In this document: positions 54,908 through 64,000 of the stretch, one piece after another
Position numbering within the stretch: position 1 is the stretch's first letter
How the letters are laid out: every line of letters begins with the position of its first letter
DNA from: an uncultured Siphonobacter sp.
Lineage (GTDB): Bacteria > Bacteroidota > Bacteroidia > Cytophagales > Spirosomataceae
Direction: 5' to 3'
NCBI GenBank assembly: GCA_913774715.1
Contig: CAJYHS010000152.1
Coordinates: 43,886-107,885, forward strand
DNA length: 64,000 nucleotides
The notes under the pieces: model-generated
Database searches by the model: none
What the model was told of the DNA's origin: nothing
What the model saw: the letters and a program-made list of their open reading frames with translations, nothing else
Translations under genes and position numbers: made by a program

Positions 54908-55369
54908 ATGGCACAGAAAGAAAAAATACAAAAGCACGTTGAGATCAAAAACCGCCGGGCTTCGTTTGAATATCAGTTTTTAGAAACCTTCACGGCCGGT
55001 CTTATGCTGACGGGCACCGAGATTAAATCCATTCGTCAGGGAAAAGCGAATCTAACCGATGCGTATTGTCTGACGCTCAACGAAGAACTCTTCGTTCGGA
55101 ACATGAATATTTCCAAGTACGAAGAAGGTACCCATTATAACCACGAACCTCTTAGGGATCGGAAGTTACTCCTGCAAAAGCGGGAAATTCGCAAGCTGGA
55201 AGAGAAGCTCAAGGATCAGGGGCTTACCATTGTGCCCACGCGTCTGTTTATTTCCGAGCGGGGGTTTGCCAAGATTAATATTGCCCTGGCCAAGGGTAAA
55301 AAGCTGCACGACAAGCGTCAGGATATCAAAGAAAAAGACGTCAAGCGTGAGATGGCCCGGGGCGAATAA
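54908..55369 (+). CDS. smpB: SsrA-binding protein SmpB
   Basis: The ATG at 54908 gives MAQKEKIQKHVEIKNRRASFEYQFLETFTAGLMLTGTEIKSIRQGKANLTDAYC…, a typical SmpB of 153 aa. The ORF-track start at 54809 is an upstream extension. Confidence 0.9.
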   Translation: MAQKEKIQKHVEIKNRRASFEYQFLETFTAGLMLTGTEIKSIRQGKANLTDAYCLTLNEELFVRNMNISKYEEGTHYNHEPLRDRKLLLQKREIRKLEEKLKDQGLTIVPTRLFISERGFAKINIALAKGKKLHDKRQDIKEKDVKREMARGE

Positions 55370-55458
55370 ATCCTGATTTTGTAAAGGGAAGCCTTGCGCT
55401 CAAGGCTTTCCCTAAAGAAACCCTTACCTTTGCTATCCTAAATACATCCCTGTTTTCT

Positions 55459-56925
55459 GTGCCGTCTGACGAGATAAAATCCCAGTACGAGCTGGTTATT
55501 GGCCTGGAAGTCCATGCCCAGCTGCTTACCGAAAGTAAAATTTTTGCATCCGATGCCAATCAGTTTGGCTCCCTGCCCAACCGTAATATCTCGGTAATCA
55601 CGCTGGGTCATCCCGGAACGCTGCCCAAGCTTAATGAAAAGGCCGTGGATCTGGCCCTTCGCTTTGGACTGGCAACGAATGCCACAATTTCGCGTCGGAC
55701 GGTGTTTGACCGTAAAAATTATTTTTATCCCGATCTACCCAAAGGCTATCAGATTTCCCAGGACAAAGCGCCCATCTGCTGGGGGGGACAGATCTGGATT
55801 AAGCTGAAAGATGGCTCAGAGAAAGCCATTGAAATGCACCATACGCATTTGGAAGAAGATGCGGGCAAGTCCATTCACGACGAGCATTCCTTAGATACAC
55901 AGCTGGATTACAACCGAGCTGGAACGCCCCTGATTGAAATTGTTTCGGATCCTACTATGCGCTCGGCCGAAGAGGCGGCAGCTTACGTGACTGAAATTCG
56001 CAAGCTGGTTCGTTATCTGGACATTTGCGATGGAAACATGGAAGAAGGCAGTCTTCGCGGGGATGTTAACGTATCGGTTCGTAAATACGGAGAACCCCTG
56101 GGAACTAAGGTGGAAATTAAAAACATGAACTCAGTTCGGTTCATGCAAAAAGCCATTGAATACGAATACGACCGTCAGGTAGACATGCTGGAAGCGGGCG
56201 AGACCATCATTCAAGAAACGCGGATGTTTGATCCCGAAACGAATCGTACTTATAGCATGCGGGTGAAGGAAACCATGAATGACTACCGCTATTTTCCCGA
56301 ACCCGATTTAGTGCCCATTCTTATTACTGACGAAAAACTCGATGAGATCCGCCAGCAAATGCCTACGCTGCCCCGGCAACTGGTGAAAACTTATACCCAG
56401 GATTTTGGCATTCAGGAAGCTGATGCCTTAAGCATTACCGAGTCCAAAGAATTAGTGGCTTATTTTGAAGCCACGGTGGCTGAAAAGGTAAGTCCGAAAG
56501 CGGTTGCCAACTGGCTCATGGGCCCCGTCCGGAGCTGGATGAATGAAAGCAAGCAGGATATTACGGGCTTTGGCTTAGCTCCGGCTAAACTAGCGGCTTT
56601 AATTGGCCTAGTGGAAGAAAACAAAGTGAGTAACTCAGCGGCGGCCCAAAAGCTGTTTCCCGCTCTTTTACAAAAGCCCGAAGCCGAGCCTTTGGCTTTA
56701 GCTCAGGAGCTACAACTCATCCAGCAGGGCAATAGTGATGTACTTCAGGCGTTGATTGATGAGGTGCTCAGGAGTCTTCCTGACAAAGTCAAAGAATACA
56801 AAAAGGGCAAAAAAGGCCTTTTGGGCTTATTCGTAGGCGAAGTTATGAAGAAATCCAAAGGTCAGGCCGATCCTAAAGTCACGAACCAACTCGTGATCCA
56901 ATCCCTAGATGCTATCACTTTATGA
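55459..56925 (+). CDS. gatB: Asp-tRNA(Asn)/Glu-tRNA(Gln) amidotransferase subunit B
   Basis: YELVIGLEVHAQL…, …DYNRAGTPLIEIVSDP…, …GSLRGDVNVSVR…, and a C-terminal YqeY-like tail. GTG start. Confidence 0.9.
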   Translation: MPSDEIKSQYELVIGLEVHAQLLTESKIFASDANQFGSLPNRNISVITLGHPGTLPKLNEKAVDLALRFGLATNATISRRTVFDRKNYFYPDLPKGYQISQDKAPICWGGQIWIKLKDGSEKAIEMHHTHLEEDAGKSIHDEHSLDTQLDYNRAGTPLIEIVSDPTMRSAEEAAAYVTEIRKLVRYLDICDGNMEEGSLRGDVNVSVRKYGEPLGTKVEIKNMNSVRFMQKAIEYEYDRQVDMLEAGETIIQETRMFDPETNRTYSMRVKETMNDYRYFPEPDLVPILITDEKLDEIRQQMPTLPRQLVKTYTQDFGIQEADALSITESKELVAYFEATVAEKVSPKAVANWLMGPVRSWMNESKQDITGFGLAPAKLAALIGLVEENKVSNSAAAQKLFPALLQKPEAEPLALAQELQLIQQGNSDVLQALIDEVLRSLPDKVKEYKKGKKGLLGLFVGEVMKKSKGQADPKVTNQLVIQSLDAITL

Positions 56926-58037
56926 AAACAGTCGTTTCCCTGCTAATGTGGTTTACAAGTTTTGCAGCGTTTGCTCAAAACCATACGGCTTATACTATTC
57001 GCGGGCGGGTTACTAATCCCAATGTCAATGAAAAGGCGTATCTGCAACTTATGAATGATCGGGGATTGCCCGTATCTATTGATTCTTCATTAATTACGGC
57101 TAATGGCTTTGAAATGAAGGGGCAGGTTTTAAACGGGGGCGGGTTTTATCGTTTACTCATGGGCAGTATTCCGCCCGTGGTATTATTGCTGGAAGGGGGC
57201 GAAAGCCTGGAAGTCGAGGTTGATACTAAGCCGGGAAGCAAAGCCAAAGTAACCGGCTCTAAAAACATGGAGTATTACGCTCAACTCAATAGTTTGAATG
57301 AAAATTTCAAAGCTAAAGTAGAGCGGCTGAACCTTTCTTACGAGCAGGCTACCCAAAAAAAGGATAAAGCCGCTCAGCAGAAAATTCAGCAGCAGTTCGA
57401 GCAGGGCCAAACCGAGGTGGTTACTCAGGTAAAAAACCTGATCCCGCAGATGGGTTCATCCCTGGCTACTTTATACGCTACGAATTTCCTAAACCAGGAG
57501 CAGGACTTTGCCATGTTTGAGCAGCTAGCCGACCGCTTTGAAAAGGATAAGCCTAACGTTAGTATTTATCAGGCCTTTGTAGCTACGGTTCGACGGGTGC
57601 AGAGCAAGAAAAACGGCTTAGCCATTGGCTCTGCTGCTCCCGAGATTAATCTGCCTACACCCGACAATAAAATTGTTTCCCTGTCTTCGCTGAAAGGCAA
57701 ATACGTTCTGATTGATTTCTGGGCGGGCTGGTGCGGTCCTTGTCGCAAGGAGAATCCTAACGTGGTTCGTCTCTATAATCAATATAAGAGTAAAGGTTTT
57801 GAAGTGTACGGTGTTTCCCTGGATTCGGATCGTAAACAGTGGCTTGATGCTATTCAAAAAGATGGCTTAACCTGGACGCAGGTATCGGATCTCAAGTATT
57901 TTGATTCGGCAGCGGCCATGGCTTATGGTATTCAATACATTCCCTTCACGGTGTTAGTGGATCCCAAGGGAAACATTATCGCCAAAGAACTGCGGGGCGA
58001 GGCCTTGGAAGCCAAGCTTAAAGAATTACTGCCTTAG
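56922..58037 (+). CDS. TlpA-family thiol:disulfide oxidoreductase with N-terminal DUF4369-like domain
   Basis: Signal peptide …FAAFAQ. The thioredoxin motif reads FWAGWCGPCRKENP. The start overlaps the gatB stop (ATGA). Confidence 0.85.
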   Translation: MKTVVSLLMWFTSFAAFAQNHTAYTIRGRVTNPNVNEKAYLQLMNDRGLPVSIDSSLITANGFEMKGQVLNGGGFYRLLMGSIPPVVLLLEGGESLEVEVDTKPGSKAKVTGSKNMEYYAQLNSLNENFKAKVERLNLSYEQATQKKDKAAQQKIQQQFEQGQTEVVTQVKNLIPQMGSSLATLYATNFLNQEQDFAMFEQLADRFEKDKPNVSIYQAFVATVRRVQSKKNGLAIGSAAPEINLPTPDNKIVSLSSLKGKYVLIDFWAGWCGPCRKENPNVVRLYNQYKSKGFEVYGVSLDSDRKQWLDAIQKDGLTWTQVSDLKYFDSAAAMAYGIQYIPFTVLVDPKGNIIAKELRGEALEAKLKELLP

Positions 58038-58077
58038 CATTCGTTTGTAACCCCTTTGCTTATCTACCTTATACATC

Positions 58078-58878
58078 ATGAAGCTTGCCATTATTGGATG
58101 CGGTAACATGGGAATGGCCTTTGCCAAATCCTTTATTCAGTACGATCTGGTTAAAAAAGAAGATCTCTTCCTCATTGAAAAATCGGCCGAACGCGGCCAG
58201 GCTCTCCGCCAGGAGAAAACGGGCGTGGTAGTAGACACCATCGGCCCGAGAATCAGTGAAGTGGACTTAATCATTCTGGCGGTAAAACCCCAGGATTTTG
58301 CTACGGTTCACGCGGAGTTGAAACCCGTGATCCGCTTCAATCAGGTGGTATTAAGCATCATGGCGGGGGTTTCCATTCAGAAAATTCAGACGGTTTTAGA
58401 TCATCCGTTAGTGGTGCGGGCTATGCCCAATACGCCCGCCATGCTGGGCATGGGCATGACGGCTTTTGCCGCCGCCAAAGAAGTCGATATTCAGAATTTA
58501 CGCCGGGTAGAAAACCTGATTAATGCGACGGGCCGCTGCGTGTTTTTAGAGGATGAAAGTCTACTCGATGCCGTAACGGCCGTAAGTGGTTCGGGTCCTG
58601 CTTATTTCTTTTATTTGGTGAAAGCCATGGTGGAAGCAGGCAAGCAAATGGGCTTTTCTGAGAGCTTGTCTTCGCAGTTAGTTAAACAAACCATGCTCGG
58701 TTCGTATCACCTGATTCAAACTTCGGATAAAAGTTTAGATGAATTAATTAAAGCCGTGGCCTCCAAAGGCGGGACCACTGAGGCTGCTTTGAAGACGTTT
58801 GAAGAAAAGAACCTGGCTGAATCTTTAATTGCTGGGCTGCACTCGGCTCAACAACGTTCGACGGAGCTTTCGAAATAA
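58078..58878 (+). CDS. proC: Pyrroline-5-carboxylate reductase
   Basis: MKLAIIGCGNMGMAFAKSF… Rossmann N-terminus, …RAMPNTPAMLG…, …SGSGPAYFFY…, …SKGGTTEAAL…. Confidence 0.9.
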   Translation: MKLAIIGCGNMGMAFAKSFIQYDLVKKEDLFLIEKSAERGQALRQEKTGVVVDTIGPRISEVDLIILAVKPQDFATVHAELKPVIRFNQVVLSIMAGVSIQKIQTVLDHPLVVRAMPNTPAMLGMGMTAFAAAKEVDIQNLRRVENLINATGRCVFLEDESLLDAVTAVSGSGPAYFFYLVKAMVEAGKQMGFSESLSSQLVKQTMLGSYHLIQTSDKSLDELIKAVASKGGTTEAALKTFEEKNLAESLIAGLHSAQQRSTELSK

Positions 58879-58933
58879 AATAGGAAGTGGATTCTGAAAA
58901 ATTTAAGATTTAAAAGTCATAAACTGATGAACT

Positions 58934-58961
58934 AATAGCTGCTCAATTGAGCAGCTATTTT
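58934..58961 (+). terminator. Intrinsic terminator after proC
   Basis: AATAGCTGCTC-aatt-GAGCAGCTATT followed by TT. Confidence 0.65.
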
Positions 58962-59064
58962 CATTAGAGAGGTATTAAAAAACGTTAAAGTCGCAAGTAT
59001 GGAAGATAAGCTTGCCGGAAATCGCGTATCCTTGCTTATCGAACTTTAAGAGCCTTTTAAATCT

Positions 59065-59439
59065 ATGAAACCCATCATGAAAATAAAAATGACCCTTCTC
59101 TGGATCCTAGGCCCAATGATTTTACTTCTGGGATGTGCTTCCACGAAAACCAGTAAATTTAACTCCATGAGTGTGCCCATGGGCATGGATAAAAAGGAAG
59201 TACTGGCCAAGTTTGGTTCACCTTATAAGTCAGGATATTATAAAGATACAAATCAGGTTTTTCGCGAAGATTGGTATTACAAAGAGAATTTCTATATACA
59301 TGGCTGGGTTGATGTGATTAATATCATCCACTTTGAAAATGGGAAAGTAGTTAGCCTGGAACCCCTGCCCGAAAAGCAGCCTTACCTGATTGAAGCGAAT
59401 CGGGAAGTGGAAGTAAAGACTCGTGAGAAGAAACCCTAA
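59065..59439 (+). CDS. Hypothetical small lipoprotein
   Basis: Lipobox LLLGCAS, 124 aa. No family recognised. Confidence 0.55.
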   Translation: MKPIMKIKMTLLWILGPMILLLGCASTKTSKFNSMSVPMGMDKKEVLAKFGSPYKSGYYKDTNQVFREDWYYKENFYIHGWVDVINIIHFENGKVVSLEPLPEKQPYLIEANREVEVKTREKKP

Positions 59440-59510
59440 TGAGGTGGTTTTGTAAACCAGCTTATGGTATACTAGATTACGGGTATACAACTTTCTAAAA
59501 CTCCCTCTCT

Positions 59511-60029
59511 ATGAAAGGCTTAGTTATATGGATTGCTGCTGCTTTTTTCATGGTGTGCTGCTTCGAATGTCGCAGGCCGGCAAGCTTACCCGAAGTTGAG
59601 CCAGAAGAAGAGTTTGGGTTTCTAGATGTATCAGATTCTACGCGTATTTCTTCAATTGGATTACTCTTCACAACCCGACAGATCATATGCCTATTGGATT
59701 CCCTTCAAAAGTTGGAGGCTAATCAGGTGTATATTATTTCTGATCAATCTACTTACGATAAGTTATTTAAGTGTGGTCAAGTGCAATCAATTCCTGGCGT
59801 TGATTTTACTAAACAGACTGTTTTATTAACGTTTTTCAAAGCGATGTGTACATCAGGGCAATCCGTATCTCAATCCTTACTAAAAAATGATCAGGGGAAA
59901 ATGGATTGGCATATTAAGCATTTCATGCAGGGTTGTTCCGGTTATACGGTCTATGATTTACCTTGTCTTTATGTGTATGATGGGCTTGTTAAACGGGAAG
60001 ATATTAGATTAACTATTCAAAAATTATAA
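59511..60029 (+). CDS. Hypothetical secreted/lipoprotein
   Basis: N-terminal hydrophobic segment with Cys (…AAAFFMVCCFEC). G+C is low by eye. No family recognised. Confidence 0.45.
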   Translation: MKGLVIWIAAAFFMVCCFECRRPASLPEVEPEEEFGFLDVSDSTRISSIGLLFTTRQIICLLDSLQKLEANQVYIISDQSTYDKLFKCGQVQSIPGVDFTKQTVLLTFFKAMCTSGQSVSQSLLKNDQGKMDWHIKHFMQGCSGYTVYDLPCLYVYDGLVKREDIRLTIQKL

Positions 60030-60100
60030 AAATATAGTACAGGTACCTGAAAAAAGACTCTTAGTAATGCATCAGAAAAAGTAGTTACCAACTGACCGCA

Positions 60101-61357
60101 TTAAGAAAAAGGTACTTCAATTTTTATCCAGCTTGAAATGGCCTTTCCCTTTCGATGAGCTGGCTTCCACTGGGGCCCTTCTTTTATCAGACGAATGGCT
60201 TCTTCGTCACAGCCGTAGCCTAAGCCTTTTTTAACTTTAATCGTGCCGACACTACCATCGTCTTTGATGTAAGCGGATAGGAGTACTGTACCCGAAATGC
60301 CTTTTTCTTTGGCTAACTCGGGCTTGCGTACGTTTTTCTGCAAATAGGTTTGGTAGGCTTCTATTCCAGTAACTGGCTCGGCTTCAGCTTTCCGTTTGGT
60401 TTTTCCGTATCCGACTACTATTACTTCACTTAAAGCCTGATTATCGGCTTGAAGGGTAATGACCGAAGGAAAAGGAGCGAGCAGGGTTTGCGTTTTATAG
60501 CCAATCGATGAAATGACTAGCTCGGATCCGAAGTTATCGGGTAAGAGGGCTTGGCCCTGAGCATTAGTAGAGGCTGCCTTCTTTCCCTTTTTTTGCTCAA
60601 TAAGAGCCCCTGCAATAGGATTGTTTTCCTGATCGACTACGATTACGCTATTTTGGGGCAGGCGAGTTACCGGGGCATTAGTTTGAGCGGCAACTTGAGT
60701 GTCTGCTGCTTTACCCTGTAAGGCAAGAGTCAGGGTATCAGTGGCTTGTTTAGCTTGGGGTGATCCCGTTTTGGAAAAATTAGAATCAGATAACTTAAGG
60801 CTCCGGGCGGCTAATTCAGGAGTTTTTGCTGCTGGCAAAGAATCAGAAGAGGACATAACTCGCATGGCCATTACCTGCGGGGGGGCGCTGGTAACTACTG
60901 CATCAGCGGGAACCTTTTTAGTAGTTATCCGGGGCTTTTCTGCCAGACTAATTTCTGGTTGAGTGATCTCTGGAGTACGAAGAGAATCCTTTCTTTCAGC
61001 CTGAGAAGGACCAGTCACTCCAGGAGCTGAAACCTGACTGATTTCAGGACTAGATTCGAGTTGCAGCCACAGCACATAGCCTGTTAGTAACACCCCAATA
61101 AAGCTGGCGGCTAAAGCCCAGGTTCTCCAGCCTAATCCAATGACAGGAGTAGGACTTACCCGGTTCTCTAGCTGATCGTAGAGCGCTTTTAAATCCGGCT
61201 TTTTTCCTGCCATCGCCTCAAATCCTTCCAGTGCGTCGGCAACGAAAGGATCCTCCAGAGCGGCCCGCTCGACGGCGTGCTGCTCTGAAGCATTTGCCTG
61301 GCCAGCAGCGTAGCGGCGAAGCAAATCCGGGGTGATATGGAGGGGAGATTTAGCCAT
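60101..61357 (-). CDS. Anti-sigma-factor-like membrane protein with CarboxypepD_reg-like module and TonB C-terminal domain
   Basis: Its start lies 6 nt downstream of the ECF sigma gene stop (61364), which suggests co-transcription. One TM (WRTWALAASFIGVLLTGYVLWL). The CarboxypepD_reg-like module plus SEVIVVGYGK covers aa 237-319. The C-terminal TonB_C-like segment reads GISGTVLLSAYIKDDGSVGTIKVKKGLGYGCDEEAIRLIKEGPQWKPA. Confidence 0.7.
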   Translation of the reverse strand: MAKSPLHITPDLLRRYAAGQANASEQHAVERAALEDPFVADALEGFEAMAGKKPDLKALYDQLENRVSPTPVIGLGWRTWALAASFIGVLLTGYVLWLQLESSPEISQVSAPGVTGPSQAERKDSLRTPEITQPEISLAEKPRITTKKVPADAVVTSAPPQVMAMRVMSSSDSLPAAKTPELAARSLKLSDSNFSKTGSPQAKQATDTLTLALQGKAADTQVAAQTNAPVTRLPQNSVIVVDQENNPIAGALIEQKKGKKAASTNAQGQALLPDNFGSELVISSIGYKTQTLLAPFPSVITLQADNQALSEVIVVGYGKTKRKAEAEPVTGIEAYQTYLQKNVRKPELAKEKGISGTVLLSAYIKDDGSVGTIKVKKGLGYGCDEEAIRLIKEGPQWKPAHRKGKAISSWIKIEVPFS

Positions 61358-61363
61358 CGTTTC

Positions 61364-61951
61364 TTAGCTCAAACGCTCATGGATACGTTCGATACAGAGC
61401 TTTAAATTTCTTCTTCCGTTCTGAATAAAACTTTTAACCTGATTAAAATCATATCCCGTTTCATCGACGATTTGCTTATAGCTTTTTTCCTCTAGAAAAA
61501 ATAAACTCACCGTCTTGTGCTGGTCGGGGTTTAGCTTACCCAGGCATTCCTGCAAAGCCTGCACGTCCAGGGGCTCAGCTGATTCTTCCATGATTAGATG
61601 CTCAGGAGCCTCGGATTCCATACGCTCGGGATCAAAAAAATCCTGAACCTTGGTTTTCTGGCTTCTTAGACGCATCAAGCAGTAATTTTTCACGACACTA
61701 TGCAGCCAGCTTTTCCAGTTGGTAATCTCATGCTGCTGGGCCTTGGCAATGACTTCTTCAAAAACCTGCATCACGGCATCCTTGGCTTCGTCTTCGTCTT
61801 TAAGGTACTTATAGCAAACCGCATAGAGCATTTCCATGTGGGGCTGATAGAGTTTTCCCAGTAGTTGCAAATCACCGCTTTGTCGGTACTGCGCGAGCAG
61901 TTCCGATTCGTCGGGCGTAGATTCTGATTTGCGAAATACTTTTAAAAACAC
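61364..61951 (-). CDS. ECF-type RNA polymerase sigma factor
   Basis: Region 2 reads …EDEAKDAVMQVFEEV…WLHSVVKNYCLMRLR. Region 4 reads …LNPDQHKTVSLFFLEEKSYKQIVDETGYDFNQVKSFIQNGRRNL. Confidence 0.8.
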   Translation of the reverse strand: MFLKVFRKSESTPDESELLAQYRQSGDLQLLGKLYQPHMEMLYAVCYKYLKDEDEAKDAVMQVFEEVIAKAQQHEITNWKSWLHSVVKNYCLMRLRSQKTKVQDFFDPERMESEAPEHLIMEESAEPLDVQALQECLGKLNPDQHKTVSLFFLEEKSYKQIVDETGYDFNQVKSFIQNGRRNLKLCIERIHERLS

Positions 61952-62092
61952 GGAAAGCGAAACGATTGAGGATTACCCTGCGAAGTAAGGCCGAAGGGCT
62001 GGCTTTTACAAACAATCAAAAAAATGAGTCTGCCTTTTGTGGAATTTGAAAGGCAATGGCATCCATGAGCTGAATACAAACCCTAAATAGCC

Positions 62093-63988
62093 ATGCGATA
62101 CCTTCTTCTTTTGTGTGTACTGCCATTTTTGAGTCAGGCCGAAGTAGAACCCAAGGGCCTGGATTCTAAACTTGAAAAAGTAACGGTCTTTTTAAACGGA
62201 GCTCAGATTAGTCGAAAAGCCCAGACGGCCATTCCGGCGGGCAGATCCGTGTTTTACTTTAAAAACTTATCTCCTAAGCTTGATAAAGAAAGCATTCAGC
62301 TAAAAGCCGAGGGGGATTTTACGGTAGTATCCGTTCAAAGCCAGCAGTCTTACTACGAAGTTGGAGCCAGCCGACTAGCCAAAAACAAAGCATACGACAA
62401 ACGAAAAACGGAAATCGAAGCCAAACAGCAAGTGGACTTGAAGCTTTTAGAGGTCTACAAACACGAAGAGGCTTTACTGTTAAAAAATCAGGCATTGGGC
62501 GGAAGAGAGCAGTCTTTGAAAGCCAGTGAAATCAAGGAAGCCGCCGATTTTCAGCGGCAGCGATTAACGGAGGTGTATACCAAGCAATTAGAAATCGAGC
62601 GGCGGGTAAAGGCTCTAGCTGAAGAAATAAGAGAGTTAAACCAGCAGCAGACGGTCCAGTTAGCCAGTGCCGATCAGCAGGTAACGGAAGTGTGGGTAAC
62701 AATTAATGCCGCTAGGCCCGTGGCCATTACCCCCTTAAGCCTAAGTTATTTTGTGAGTGATGCGGGCTGGATTCCCAGTTACGATTTGCGGGCCAATGAT
62801 CTGTCCAAACCCTTAAAGCTGGGCTATAAAGCTCAGGTGTTTCAGTTTTCGGGAGAAGACTGGCATCAGGTGAAGCTGAGTCTTTCCACGGCTGATCCAC
62901 GTCGGAAAAATGTCCAGCCTGAGCTTCAGCCCTGGTATGCGGGAAGGTCAAATACCTATAAAGATTTGGGAAAGCAAGCCCTGGCTCTCTATAACCCATC
63001 GGTTCGTCAGATTGCTGGTAAAGTAAGTGATGAAGCGGGAAGTGGATTGCCAGGCGTAAGCATTGCTTTGCTGGGTACTACGCTTGGAACGGTTACGGAT
63101 GCAAATGGTATGTACCGTTTAAGTATTCCGCCCAAACTCTCGCCTGAGAGTAGACAGATCTCTTACACCATGATTGGCATGAAAACGGAATTTCGGCCCA
63201 TTGAAAGTGAGGTGACTCATGTATTCATGCATTCAGATGGGGTGGCTCTGGAAAAAGTGGTTGTGGTAGGTTATGGAAAAAATGTGGGTACAACCCAGAA
63301 TCTACTAGCGGGTAAGGCTAGTAGTGTAGCGGTTAAAAAAGAAAGCAGTATTGCCCTAACCATTCAGGAGAATCAGGCTCCCACTAGTTTTACTTACCAA
63401 ATTGAAATGCCCTACAGCATTGCCAGTGACGGAAAATCCTACGCCGTTGAAATCAAAGAAGAAGAAGTGCCTGCTCGCTATTGCTATACCGCCGTACCCA
63501 AATTAACTTCCGATGTGATGCTAACAGCTGAGATTGCCGACTGGAGTAAATATCAGCTTCAGGAAGGCGAGATGAATCTTTTCCTAGAAGGTACCTTTGT
63601 AGGTAAAACGCAGCTAAGTCTGCCGGCATCTTCGGATACGCTTCAACTTAATCTGGGCCGGGATGCTTCCATTCAGGTAGCGCGCAAATCCATTAAGGAA
63701 TTTAGTAAAACCTCTTTTTGGGGTAACAACCGCAGTCAGGATTTTACCTATGAAATCAATCTGCGCAATGGCCGCAAGCAGGCCATTAATCTGACGGTTT
63801 ACGATCAATTTCCCTTATCGAATGTAAAAAGCATTGAAATCCTTAATAAAAAAGCTCCCAAGGCTCAAGTAAATGAAGAAACGGGGCTCATCACCTGGAA
63901 TCTACATCTATCGGCGGGTAAAGCCGAAGCCTTGCAAGTAGAGTACCGGATTCAGTCGCCCAAGGAGGTGGTTTTAGCAGAACTTTAA
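62093..63988 (+). CDS. DUF4139/DUF4140 (mucoidy inhibitor MuiA-like) protein with an inserted CarboxypepD_reg-like module
   Basis: N-terminal VTVFLNGAQISRKAQTAIPAGRSVFYFKNLSPKLDKESIQL, a coiled coil, then a DUF4139-like C-terminal half. The insert at aa 305-396 (nt 63005-63280) reads IAGKVSDEAGSGLPGVSIALLGTTLGTVTDANGMYRL…EKVVVVGYGK. Confidence 0.7.
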   Translation: MRYLLLLCVLPFLSQAEVEPKGLDSKLEKVTVFLNGAQISRKAQTAIPAGRSVFYFKNLSPKLDKESIQLKAEGDFTVVSVQSQQSYYEVGASRLAKNKAYDKRKTEIEAKQQVDLKLLEVYKHEEALLLKNQALGGREQSLKASEIKEAADFQRQRLTEVYTKQLEIERRVKALAEEIRELNQQQTVQLASADQQVTEVWVTINAARPVAITPLSLSYFVSDAGWIPSYDLRANDLSKPLKLGYKAQVFQFSGEDWHQVKLSLSTADPRRKNVQPELQPWYAGRSNTYKDLGKQALALYNPSVRQIAGKVSDEAGSGLPGVSIALLGTTLGTVTDANGMYRLSIPPKLSPESRQISYTMIGMKTEFRPIESEVTHVFMHSDGVALEKVVVVGYGKNVGTTQNLLAGKASSVAVKKESSIALTIQENQAPTSFTYQIEMPYSIASDGKSYAVEIKEEEVPARYCYTAVPKLTSDVMLTAEIADWSKYQLQEGEMNLFLEGTFVGKTQLSLPASSDTLQLNLGRDASIQVARKSIKEFSKTSFWGNNRSQDFTYEINLRNGRKQAINLTVYDQFPLSNVKSIEILNKKAPKAQVNEETGLITWNLHLSAGKAEALQVEYRIQSPKEVVLAEL

Positions 63989-64000
63989 ATGAAGGGATGA

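Overview
This looks like a chromosomal segment of a Bacteroidota genome, probably Cytophagales-like. The evidence is two SusC/SusD pairs, Bacteroidota-type ECF sigma/FecR modules, TAnnTTTG promoter motifs, many lipoproteins and TPR proteins, and moderate G+C by eye. Most of the window is ordinary core, envelope and transport content. In order:
- a czcCBA-like heavy-metal RND operon, cut by the window start
- tRNA-Phe
- a conserved TPR/DUF4292/M23-peptidase envelope cluster
- a SusC/SusD pair
- a Crp-regulated small-enzyme cluster
- a TolC/MFP/RND multidrug-type efflux operon
- a secreted DUF1080-PA14 protein paired with a dehydrogenase-like cytochrome c
- an ECF sigma/FecR/SusC(STN)/SusD trans-envelope signalling locus
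- MOSC plus 2Fe-2S ferredoxin, OmpA-type proteins, GH3-family enzyme, GDPD
- smpB, gatB, a TlpA-type oxidoreductase, proC
- a second ECF sigma/anti-sigma pair divergent from a DUF4139 (MuiA-like) gene

Two spots look accessory.
- A low-GC RhuM-Fic/Doc fusion gene lies at 32.3-33.3 kb, bracketed by terminators.
- A tightly coupled MazG/DCTPP1-like pyrophosphohydrolase plus PD-(D/E)xK-nuclease/SF1-helicase (DUF2075) gene pair lies at 51.4-53.6 kb. It is followed by a 59-bp perfect palindrome and a very AT-rich stretch that holds remnants of HipA- and AbiEi-type genes and an intact HipB-like gene, all abutting smpB. I consider this pair the best candidate for an uncharacterised (defence-type) system in the window.

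I found no rRNA, CRISPR array, transposase or integrase. All family calls come from motif recognition by eye and need HMM or BLAST confirmation.
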